IMG/VR virus record: IMGVR_UViG_3300045988_165047
Strand: one strand, 5' to 3'
Source: a virus
Length of the DNA stretch: 64,000 bases
In this document: positions 17,160 through 24,274 of the stretch, piece by piece
Layout: every line of letters starts with the position of its first letter
How positions within the stretch are numbered: position 1 is the first letter of the stretch
Notes under the pieces: generated by a model
Seen by the model: the letters and a program-made list of their open reading frames with translations, nothing else
The model's database searches: none
What the model was told of the DNA's origin: nothing
Program-made: the position numbers and the translations under genes

Positions 17160-18132
17160 ATCTACTTACGTACTTGTTCTTGAGTTTCAGGTTTGCCATC
17201 TTTATGAACTCCTTTCGGAATCCGAGCCACCCCGTCAAGTTCATATTATTGACAGCGTATCGGTCTTCTTTCTTACCGATTACTCCTTCATAATCAACTC
17301 CTGCCGCAATAAGTTTCACTTTACGCTGTTTACGGATGCGCTCCTTCTTCTTGTAATCTAAGGTACGGAAATTCTTCCCATCGTAGTCGTAGGTAGTACC
17401 ATAACGAGTACCACCAAGCCACGTTGTGGAGTCCACCGAAAAGAATGGGTATCTCTTACACAACTCAAATGCTGTCCAAGCAAATCCGTGTATTCGTGTC
17501 CCGTACTTATTCGCAATGGTGGCTACTTTATGAGCGTACTCTTTGTCACGTTGGTTTACTCCTACGTACTTATACCGCTTACAATAGTACTCTAGGTTGG
17601 TAAACTTCAAGTCGTCATTAGTTCTATGTGCAACATAGACTATTTGCAACCCTTCGGCTTCAAGAGGTTCAAAGTATTTCTTATTCCACTTTCGTACTAT
17701 CTCCTCCCCAACCACTTTATCAAGGTCAAGGTTAGCGGCTACGAATATGTACTCCTTGTGTTTGCGCAACCAAGCTACATACTCCTCAAGGTAAGGTAGC
17801 CAAAACTCTTCCGATGTGAGTTTATCGTACTCGGGGTGGTCCTCATGAAACTGACCCATAAAGGAGAACGCTCCAGAGTCCGTCATAAAGATACCATCCT
17901 GTTCGTACACCTCTTTAAGTAACTCCTCAAAAGAGCGAAGAGACTTTCTCAGATAGTGGTAAGATACGAGGATTTCTTTTATGCCGAAGCGTCTAAGAGT
18001 TCTAGCGTCCTCAATAGAAGAAGCAGAGAAAAACACAACCGCTTTACTCCGCCTCTTATCGTATTCTAAATTCTTAGGTATCAAGGAGAGTCTGCATTTC
18101 GTTAGTGAATACCTCAGTAGAAATAGTCCCAT
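17131..18132 (-). CDS. dpdA: DpdA-like DNA (7-deazaguanine) transglycosylase, TGT superfamily
   Basis: 333 aa. 'IFMTDSGAFSFMGQ' resembles the TGT catalytic 'TDSGGFQ' block. There is a second 'FFSVDSTTW' Asp block. The gene lies between queE and the queC-like gene. Confidence 0.65.
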   Translation of the reverse strand: MGLFLLRYSLTKCRLSLIPKNLEYDKRRSKAVVFFSASSIEDARTLRRFGIKEILVSYHYLRKSLRSFEELLKEVYEQDGIFMTDSGAFSFMGQFHEDHPEYDKLTSEEFWLPYLEEYVAWLRKHKEYIFVAANLDLDKVVGEEIVRKWNKKYFEPLEAEGLQIVYVAHRTNDDLKFTNLEYYCKRYKYVGVNQRDKEYAHKVATIANKYGTRIHGFAWTAFELCKRYPFFSVDSTTWLGGTRYGTTYDYDGKNFRTLDYKKKERIRKQRKVKLIAAGVDYEGVIGKKEDRYAVNNMNLTGWLGFRKEFIKMANLKLKNKYVSRYERKHPKKD

Positions 18133-18793
18133 CAGAGATTTCTAAGAACTCTGCTAACCATTCCTTACCAGCAATTCTAGGGTCCTCGTCAAATAGCTTA
18201 GGGTCAAACATCCCGTTTACTGCGAGTGCGATGGCTTTCTGTACACACGATTTGCACTTCCCACACCCCTTAATACTATGTGCGTCATAGCATGTTCTTA
18301 GAGTTGGGATATGTGATACGTCTATGTCTCTTGAGATTGCTTCTGCGAGCATTTCCCCCTTAGTGTAGTCACGATAAGGAGTTAGGACCTTTGGGTGTAC
18401 ACTATCCCACGTGTCGGGAATATCTCTAAAGTAGTAGTAGTTCTGAATGAACGAAGTTAGTCCATTAAGAACATCCTCCTGCTTATCATAGTGCAGGTCA
18501 TAGTGTGTCACTCCCAACAATACCTCATTAGAGAACTCAAAGGCTCTAAGTAGGTAAAAGATATTTCTCATAGGAACAATAGCATTAGCCTGTTCCAGAG
18601 ATTTGAAATTGAGAGTGTGGTCCACTATAATGGAGTGTCCATTAAGAAGACCCATACCTTTGAACTTTTCAAGTTGCTCAAGCTCTCTCTGTTCATAGCG
18701 TGCGCCCGATGCGAACATTAAGAGAGTATCTGGGGCTTCCAAGAGCCTATATAATTCAGAGTCCAACCCCGTGGAGTATAGTAGTACGCTCAT
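18074..18793 (-). CDS. queC: QueC-family protein (7-cyano-7-deazaguanine synthase-like)
   Basis: 239 aa. The N-terminal PP-loop variant is 'LLYSTGLDS' (canonical SGGxDS). 'VPMRNIFYL' aligns with QueC 'VPGRNILFL', and 'TCYDAHSIKGCGKCKSCVQKA' with the QueC zinc motif 'TCY...GCGxCxxC'. Confidence 0.8.
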   Translation of the reverse strand: MSVLLYSTGLDSELYRLLEAPDTLLMFASGARYEQRELEQLEKFKGMGLLNGHSIIVDHTLNFKSLEQANAIVPMRNIFYLLRAFEFSNEVLLGVTHYDLHYDKQEDVLNGLTSFIQNYYYFRDIPDTWDSVHPKVLTPYRDYTKGEMLAEAISRDIDVSHIPTLRTCYDAHSIKGCGKCKSCVQKAIALAVNGMFDPKLFDEDPRIAGKEWLAEFLEISDGTISTEVFTNEMQTLLDT

Positions 18794-18817
18794 ATTATTG
18801 TTTCCTATTTACGCAGA

Positions 18818-18841
18818 GAGGGTGGCTTTTACACCACCCTC
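18818..18841 (-). terminator. hairpin after the 40-aa peptide gene
   Basis: GAGGGTGG-(8 nt)-CCACCCTC forms a perfect 8-bp stem, 25 nt downstream of the stop at 18867 and before the queC start. Confidence 0.5.
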
Positions 18842-18866
18842 CCTAAAATAACACATCCTGTTAGGT

Positions 18867-18989
18867 TTAGCTATTAGAGCCCGTGCCCTTAGCCTTAGCG
18901 CCCTTAGCACCCTTACCTGCTGCCTTCTTAGAGGTCTTAGCAGGCTTGGTAGCCTTCTTAGGAGCGGCTGCCTTGATCTTCTTAGCCAT
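18867..18989 (-). CDS. 40-aa Lys/Ala-rich basic peptide (below the ORF-track length cutoff)
   Basis: I translated it by hand: MAKKIKAAAPKKATKPAKTSKKAAGKGAKGAKAKGTGSNS*. It has its own TATCTTTG box upstream and a hairpin downstream. Its composition is histone-H1/HU-tail-like. Confidence 0.5.
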   Translation of the reverse strand: MAKKIKAAAPKKATKPAKTSKKAAGKGAKGAKAKGTGSNS

Positions 18990-19055
18990 AATCGTATAAG
19001 ATTTTTATGAACAGCGTATTATTTTATTAGCCGATTAGCTGTTAAACCGACACTA

Positions 19056-19063
19056 CAAAGATA
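19056..19063 (-). promoter_or_regulatory. Bacteroidota-type -7 promoter box TATCTTTG
   Basis: The minus strand reads GGTTG-N19-TATCTTTG, 67 nt upstream of the ATG at 18989. Confidence 0.5.
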
Positions 19064-19078
19064 GCAGTTTTCTTTTAC

Positions 19079-19351
19079 TTAGCAACCTCGGACAATAATT
19101 TTCAGCACCACCGCTGTAATCCCGTCAGCATCCGTAAATGATGGTCTAACATCAGATACAAGACCCTTCTTTGAAAAGTAGGTGTTACTAATAATCACTC
19201 CCTTGATTGCCTGATTGAGCGCCCCAGCCCCTACAACTCTAAGATGGATTACCCTATCGGGGTCCTCTTGGTAAATAGAATAAATGCTGGCACCCAACTT
19301 ATTGGGGTCGGTAGACGACTTACACCGAATTTCCTTGTGAACTACGTCCAT
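19079..19351 (-). CDS. SpoVS-like protein
   Basis: 90 aa. 'LRVVGAGALNQAIKGVIISNTYF' aligns with B. subtilis SpoVS 'IQAIGAGALNQAVKAIAIARGF', and 'PSFTD...ITAVVLKIIV' with 'PAFTD...RTAIKLIV'. Confidence 0.8.
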   Translation of the reverse strand: MDVVHKEIRCKSSTDPNKLGASIYSIYQEDPDRVIHLRVVGAGALNQAIKGVIISNTYFSKKGLVSDVRPSFTDADGITAVVLKIIVRGC

Positions 19352-19394
19352 ACTTCTTTCATAGTTTAATCGCCAACCAAGTAACTTTGCCTAG

Positions 19395-19402
19395 CAAAGA
19401 TA
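19395..19402 (-). promoter_or_regulatory. Bacteroidota-type -7 promoter box TATCTTTG
   Basis: The minus strand reads ATTG-N21-TATCTTTG, 44 nt upstream of the ATG at 19351. Confidence 0.5.
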
Positions 19403-19412
19403 GGTAAAATAT

Positions 19413-20135
19413 CTAAGCTATTACAATTTTACCGACTACTTCCCCAGCTACCATCACGTAGTAAGTGCCGCTTTTTACTTTGTAGCCTACCTTCTGTACT
19501 TTAGCAATACCAGCCTCTACTTTAAGTAGGTCAAAGTAATAAGGAAGGTAATCTTTCAGTGAAGGTTCATATACACCCTCTTCGGGAATTTCAGTACGAG
19601 TGCTATCCAAAAGTTTCCAACCAATATAGTTCATTTGGAACTCTCGGTTAGAAGTGTTCTCCACTCTCATTGTAAGAACGAGATTTGAGAACCCGTCGGG
19701 AATAGCGTAGCTAGCGAGATTTTGGAACTGAATGTTTACCTTCCCATTTCCGTAGGTGAATGAGAGTTCGTCATCAACCCCGATTAGTTTCTCGGCAGAG
19801 ATTGAGTCTTTGGATGTTGTTGTACCCTTATCGTAGGGGTCTTCTCCTAGAGGTACTGAACAACACTCCGAGGTGTCTCCTCCCCAAAGTGGGGAAACCT
19901 CATTTACGAGAATGCCTACCCAGATTAAGGTAGAGAACGCAAAAAGCGTTGTGAGAAGTGCGCTCGCTTTTTTCCCGAGGGCATAACCCAGAAGGATAGC
20001 GAACAGAATAGCCAAGATGAGGCTAACGAAGATAAATGACATAGCTATTATCGTTATTAAAGTTAGTATTGTCTGCACCAATATAGGCATCACCCATATC
20101 AGTACAAAGGGCTTGTTAGTTTTCGGAGAAGCCAT
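19413..20135 (-). CDS. membrane protein with a C-terminal beta-rich ectodomain
   Basis: 240 aa with three N-terminal hydrophobic helices followed by a soluble domain ('FQMNYIGWKLLDSTRTEIPEEGVYEP...'). Confidence 0.6.
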   Translation of the reverse strand: MASPKTNKPFVLIWVMPILVQTILTLITIIAMSFIFVSLILAILFAILLGYALGKKASALLTTLFAFSTLIWVGILVNEVSPLWGGDTSECCSVPLGEDPYDKGTTTSKDSISAEKLIGVDDELSFTYGNGKVNIQFQNLASYAIPDGFSNLVLTMRVENTSNREFQMNYIGWKLLDSTRTEIPEEGVYEPSLKDYLPYYFDLLKVEAGIAKVQKVGYKVKSGTYYVMVAGEVVGKIVIA

Positions 20136-20572
20136 TACTTATCAGTTTCAGCTTCCATTTCATGTACGAGGAGTTTCATATCCTCTGGAGCGATTAAGAA
20201 CAGACACCCCTTAGCGCCTTTCTTTTTGATAGCGACTATGGGGACCTTCTTTTCTACCTTAGCCTTAGCCTTGGTGTCTTCGTAGAGTTCCCATAGAGAG
20301 AAGCTGGCACGGACCTTGCACTCAATATACACTCTCTCGTGTAAGGAGTCGCTATTAGTTCCGTGACCGCTATTACTTCCTGATAGTGGTACTCTTCTAG
20401 TAGAGAACATTGAAGCAACTTTGCGCTCAAAGGCTTTCCACGTACTTTTACTAGTAGGGTTCTTAACCACCACATTATTGGAGCGTATTTGCTCCTTGGT
20501 CTTTCGTTTTCGTTTCGTTAGTGTGGGCATAGGCTTGTAGTTGAGAAGCCCAAAAACTTCAAAAGCATCCAA
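20135..20572 (-). CDS. PD-(D/E)xK nuclease, Hjc-like Holliday-junction resolvase candidate
   Basis: 145 aa. 'FERKVASMF...RRVPLSGSNSGHGTNSDSLHERVYIECKV' fits the E...SG...D...E.K pattern. It is a paralogue of 28308..28664. Confidence 0.55.
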   Translation of the reverse strand: MDAFEVFGLLNYKPMPTLTKRKRKTKEQIRSNNVVVKNPTSKSTWKAFERKVASMFSTRRVPLSGSNSGHGTNSDSLHERVYIECKVRASFSLWELYEDTKAKAKVEKKVPIVAIKKKGAKGCLFLIAPEDMKLLVHEMEAETDK

Positions 20573-20604
20573 AATTTTGGAGTTTCGTAGTTCTTGGGCT
20601 GTTC

Positions 20605-20835
20605 CTAATCCTTAGAGGGCGTTTCCTCTATGAGAGGGTTGTTTCGGTCTCGTAGTTCTTCCAACTGTCCAGAGTCACCTGAACAGCAAGAAGAACTATA
20701 CTCTTCTCTCTGCGCTTTCAACTCTGAGAGGATGCTCCTTCGGATAGCCTCTAACTTACGAGTGACCGCAAATATAACAAATACCCACACTAGAACACTA
20801 AGTGTCCATAGCGCCAATAGAGTTGCTAATGACAT
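20605..20835 (-). CDS. small membrane protein
   Basis: 76 aa with an N-terminal helix 'LATLLALWTLSVLVWVFVIFAV'. Confidence 0.5.
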   Translation of the reverse strand: MSLATLLALWTLSVLVWVFVIFAVTRKLEAIRRSILSELKAQREEYSSSCCSGDSGQLEELRDRNNPLIEETPSKD

Positions 20836-20837
20836 AT

Positions 20838-20957
20838 CTATTCTTTACTACATAAGTGAATTACAGCTATCACAAGAAAGATTACAGATACAATGATTAT
20901 GCCGAGGCAAATATCTTGTATCAGCGCATCCTCTTGGAGTTGGTCGTAAGGTAACAT
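20838..20957 (-). CDS. 39-aa membrane peptide (below the track cutoff)
   Basis: Hand translation: MLPYDQLQEDALIQDICLGIIIVSVIFLVIAVIHLCSKE*. The stop lies 2 nt before the next ATG. Confidence 0.35.
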   Translation of the reverse strand: MLPYDQLQEDALIQDICLGIIIVSVIFLVIAVIHLCSKE

Positions 20958-20974
20958 ACTTCTATATCCCTCAG

Positions 20975-21553
20975 TTAGTAGGTCTTCCCGTGAAGGGGAG
21001 GACGTGTCTTGTTGTAGCGCATCTTCAATTCAATATGACCCATAAGGTCTATACCCATAGAATCTGCGATGGAGAATATGCTGGCTATCGTTGTAGTTAC
21101 TTCCTGTCCCTTTATAGGGTAGCCCTTAGTTAGGTCAAGAGTGACTACCCAAAGAAGGTGTGCAAGAGTAGGTCCTGCTAAGAACTCCTTACGGGTATCC
21201 ATTGCCTCATTGATGTCAGCAACGTTTTCCGCTCCGTAGACCTCGATAAAGTAACCATAAAGGTCAAGAAGTCTAATAACAGCATCAGCAAGTTCATCTT
21301 CCACGGAATCCTTAACACCCCAAAGGAAAGCCTGAATAAACTTGGACCCCGTAAGAGGGTAGATGTCTACTAGTGGCGTTCTAGAGCGTTTCTTAATTCG
21401 GTCGGAAGCAATAGCCTCACTAAGCTCTGTTACTACGAGCATATAATAGTGGGCTAAGTGTTGGGGAGGAGTCCAGAACCCTTTAGCGACTGAGTCTGCG
21501 TGGGCGATTATGGCTACCTCCTTTAGGTTATCCCTCTTAAATGGAGTCTCCAT
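20975..21553 (-). CDS. mazG: MazG-like nucleoside triphosphate pyrophosphohydrolase
   Basis: 'MLVVTELSEAIAS' and 'VEDELADAVIRLLDLYGYF' match the all-alpha MazG EExx(E/D) helices. The start is set at the ATG 21551-21553 ('METPFKRD'), 1 nt after the upstream stop. Confidence 0.7.
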   Translation of the reverse strand: METPFKRDNLKEVAIIAHADSVAKGFWTPPQHLAHYYMLVVTELSEAIASDRIKKRSRTPLVDIYPLTGSKFIQAFLWGVKDSVEDELADAVIRLLDLYGYFIEVYGAENVADINEAMDTRKEFLAGPTLAHLLWVVTLDLTKGYPIKGQEVTTTIASIFSIADSMGIDLMGHIELKMRYNKTRPPLHGKTY

Positions 21554-21554
21554 A

Positions 21555-21767
21555 CTATTTGTGGTGGTACGTTGGGTCTTCCTCTGTGTATGCAAGGTAC
21601 ACACCCAGCAGTAGGAAAACTGCCTGTAATACTAAGAGCAGAAGACCTACAAGGCGTAGGTAGTAATAGTGGAAGAGTTCCGCCATAGCTATGAATGCTA
21701 CCCCTAAAGAGAGGAAAAACAAGAATAGCACAAGAAGAACTATTGAGAAGTTAAGTCTGTTGTTCAT
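21555..21767 (-). CDS. small membrane protein
   Basis: Two hydrophobic helices. The start is set at the internal ATG 21765-21767 ('MNNRLNFSIVLLVLF'), which removes a 65-nt overlap. Confidence 0.5.
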   Translation of the reverse strand: MNNRLNFSIVLLVLFLFFLSLGVAFIAMAELFHYYYLRLVGLLLLVLQAVFLLLGVYLAYTEEDPTYHHK

Positions 21768-21768
21768 C

Positions 21769-22218
21769 CTATTGTGAGATATAAACACCTCTACGAGTAA
21801 GCTCTCTACTAAGAATAGCGAGAACGTTCCCAAAGGAGGTGAGTTTCTGTGAGAGTAGAGATTGGTATATCTCCGCCTCGGTTAGTTCTTTTGATAGTCG
21901 TTGTACCTCGGGGTTGGACCTTGCACTTGCTTTACGCTCGGTAACGGTGTCCCCCGTTGCATTGAGGAGACTTCTATCCTCTGCGTTGTCGTACTCAGAC
22001 TTAATCTGAGCATAAACAGCGCACGCTTCTAGATGCCTATCTTCTGTGTATTCTCTCCAAGCGGAGTACCTACACATCATATCACCCAAAGCATCAGAGG
22101 GAAGCTCTGAGATACGTGTGGGCATTGTAGGAAGACCTCCTTTCGGAGGCTCTACTGCTGTAAAGACACTTCTGAAAGACTCAAGAGGTGTCTTAGTTGG
22201 AATTTTTTTAGTGGGCAT
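21769..22218 (-). CDS. hypothetical protein
   Basis: 149-aa ORF on the coding strand. No motif recognised. Confidence 0.6.
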   Translation of the reverse strand: MPTKKIPTKTPLESFRSVFTAVEPPKGGLPTMPTRISELPSDALGDMMCRYSAWREYTEDRHLEACAVYAQIKSEYDNAEDRSLLNATGDTVTERKASARSNPEVQRLSKELTEAEIYQSLLSQKLTSFGNVLAILSRELTRRGVYISQ

Positions 22219-22227
22219 AGTTACTTG

Positions 22228-22794
22228 TTACTTATAGTGGTCTACACTCCGATACTTTACTAACCGCTCTTTGTAGTGGTCAGTGCTATCATAACCACAG
22301 CATTTTTCCTCGGGGCAAAAGCCTCGGTAAATACACTCTGGTACGCACTTCTCAGCGAGGATGGGGTCTTGTTTACCTATCTCCTTGACTACCATTTTCC
22401 ACGTCTTTCGTGTTTCCTTAGAAGAGAGGTAGCAAAGTCTCTTACGAGATATGTTAATGAGAGCTTGAGCATTGCAGGTCATTTCCATATCGTTCAGACT
22501 TCCTTGTGGGAGTTCGTCTCTCGGAACTTCAAGAGTAGTTCTATCCTCTCTCTGAGTGCGGACAAACTTCTCTACTCCGATATGGTGACGAACAAGATGT
22601 ACCGACACCCATTGACGAATATCCTCAATAGAAATGTCGTACTCTATCAAACGTATGGGGCTATGTTCGGATAGGAGCATTCGTGCCCTCCATCGGTCAC
22701 TTGGTTCCTTCCCAATATCACCCTTTCCGACCGTCTTACGAGCCATACGTAAGGCACGTCTCCAAGGTGTTACCTGCTCAACACTAACTTTCAT
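22228..22794 (-). CDS. divergent ThyX-like (flavin-dependent thymidylate synthase fold) protein
   Basis: 188 aa. 'SEHSPIRLIEYDISIEDIRQWVSVHLVRHHIGVEKFVRTQRE' parallels ThyX 'gHeSplEh..ftF.i.gvSR....ql.RHR(x)7S'. The signature, however, reads RHH(x)7R. Confidence 0.6.
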   Translation of the reverse strand: MKVSVEQVTPWRRALRMARKTVGKGDIGKEPSDRWRARMLLSEHSPIRLIEYDISIEDIRQWVSVHLVRHHIGVEKFVRTQREDRTTLEVPRDELPQGSLNDMEMTCNAQALINISRKRLCYLSSKETRKTWKMVVKEIGKQDPILAEKCVPECIYRGFCPEEKCCGYDSTDHYKERLVKYRSVDHYK

Positions 22795-23146
22795 ATTCTT
22801 CTTTTATGATTTCTTTCAGAACTGCTTCCACTCTCCACCACATACGATGTACTACAAAGCGGATAACAGAGGTTTGCTTCTCGGAGAAGTTATTCTGCGT
22901 AGTAAATTCCTCCACTACGTCATAGAGTTCTTTACGTACTGATAACCCTTTAGTGAGTTGCTCTCCGAGTTGGGCGTAATGTACTGCCTTCTCAAGGTCA
23001 ATTCTACCGCCCTTGTTCTTGTACCGACTTACATACTTGACTATGCTCCCTTGCACAAAGTCAAGGTTAGTCTCGGTTATGAACTTTATAGGTTCGTAGG
23101 GGAGCTTATAGTGGCTTCCCCCAACTTGTTTATCTAAAGCGCTCAT
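22784..23146 (-). CDS. DUF3310-family phage protein
   Basis: 'KQVGGSHYKLPYEPIKFI...GSIVKYVSRYKNKGGRIDLEKAVHYAQL' matches the DUF3310 pattern QVGG.HY...KY..R...K....DL.KA. Confidence 0.7.
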   Translation of the reverse strand: MSALDKQVGGSHYKLPYEPIKFITETNLDFVQGSIVKYVSRYKNKGGRIDLEKAVHYAQLGEQLTKGLSVRKELYDVVEEFTTQNNFSEKQTSVIRFVVHRMWWRVEAVLKEIIKEEYES

Positions 23147-24009
23147 TCCTTAAAGCATAAATCACGGAAGATACAGCTAAAGGCTCTATCACACCTAGGG
23201 GTATCACAAGAGCGTTTAGGCAAAGTACCCTCCTTGATATGGTTAATCACGTTGTCCATCTTTTTGTCCGCCACAGCGAGTTCTTCCTCATTGATAGGCA
23301 TAAGGAACTCTTTTATTTCAGAGGTGTCCTTATTGATGTACAGATAGAGGACCTTCTTAATACCGAGTTCTCTAGCATATAGAGAGGCTTGAAACTCGTG
23401 CTTCTTAAAGGGGCGGAAAACGGCTCGTTGGTAAGACCAACTATTCATAGTCTTAATCTCTAAGACCACACGTTCACCATACACGCTCTCCTTAATAACT
23501 CCGTCCGCTTTACCATTGATATAGCGTTCCTTGTTAATCACGGGAACCTCCGCTTGTTCAAGCACCCCCTTTGCATACAAGATATTCTGTATGTAGATGT
23601 GATACCACGTTCCCGTATCAAAGATACGTTGTAAGGAGGGGCTTATCGTAGAGAGCACCTTATTACTAGGAGGTGTTCCACCAAGCTCATAAGCAAAAGC
23701 ACGCTCACACCCATCAAGAAGTTGGGAGGGGTGAAATACCCCGTAGCTTCTTTTATCGGGAGCCATCACTAAGGAGTATAGCTTACTGAACTCAGCGAAG
23801 AACTCTTCTCGTTTGAAGTCGCCCTCCTCCAATGTTCGGAGCATCTTCTTCATAGCCCTTCGTACACCGATAAGAGAGAAAGCTCCAACAGCGGTAACCC
23901 CTTCAACGCAGGCAGAGTCTATGGTGTCTACTATCGTTGGTTTCTTTCCTTCGGTCTTTTCAGATATTCTCCGTAGGACTTTTCCCAACCCCTTTCGTGA
24001 ACTACTCAT
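23143..24009 (-). CDS. Cas4/RecB-like PD-(D/E)xK exonuclease
   Basis: It has 'VVLEIKTMN' (ExK), a 'QASLYA' QxxxY motif, an N-terminal Cys ('LDGCERAF') and C-terminal 'CDTPRCDRAFSC' cysteines typical of the Cas4 Fe-S cluster. The first ATG is at 24007-24009; the track start is a TTG. Confidence 0.7.
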   Translation of the reverse strand: MSSSRKGLGKVLRRISEKTEGKKPTIVDTIDSACVEGVTAVGAFSLIGVRRAMKKMLRTLEEGDFKREEFFAEFSKLYSLVMAPDKRSYGVFHPSQLLDGCERAFAYELGGTPPSNKVLSTISPSLQRIFDTGTWYHIYIQNILYAKGVLEQAEVPVINKERYINGKADGVIKESVYGERVVLEIKTMNSWSYQRAVFRPFKKHEFQASLYARELGIKKVLYLYINKDTSEIKEFLMPINEEELAVADKKMDNVINHIKEGTLPKRSCDTPRCDRAFSCIFRDLCFKE

Positions 24010-24274
24010 TGCCAACCACCTCGTAGATTTTGTAAGAGCTGATTTGGGGATGCTTCTTACGATAGCACTTTACAAAATCACGCATACACTCTCTAGCGGT
24101 AAAGGAGCCTCCGTACGTAGGGTTCTTAGGCTCACCATTAAGCAGGATTCTGTAACCATCGTTAAGAGGTTCTGTTGTGATATTTTCTTTACGGATGATG
24201 AAGTCAAATACAGAAGCGAGGTCCTCGGCTTCCATCTGGACTATATTGAATCTGATAAGGAGATATTTTCTCAT
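24002..24274 (-). CDS. hypothetical protein
   Basis: 90-aa ORF, the first gene downstream of the tRNA island. No motif. Confidence 0.55.
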   Translation of the reverse strand: MRKYLLIRFNIVQMEAEDLASVFDFIIRKENITTEPLNDGYRILLNGEPKNPTYGGSFTARECMRDFVKCYRKKHPQISSYKIYEVVGNE

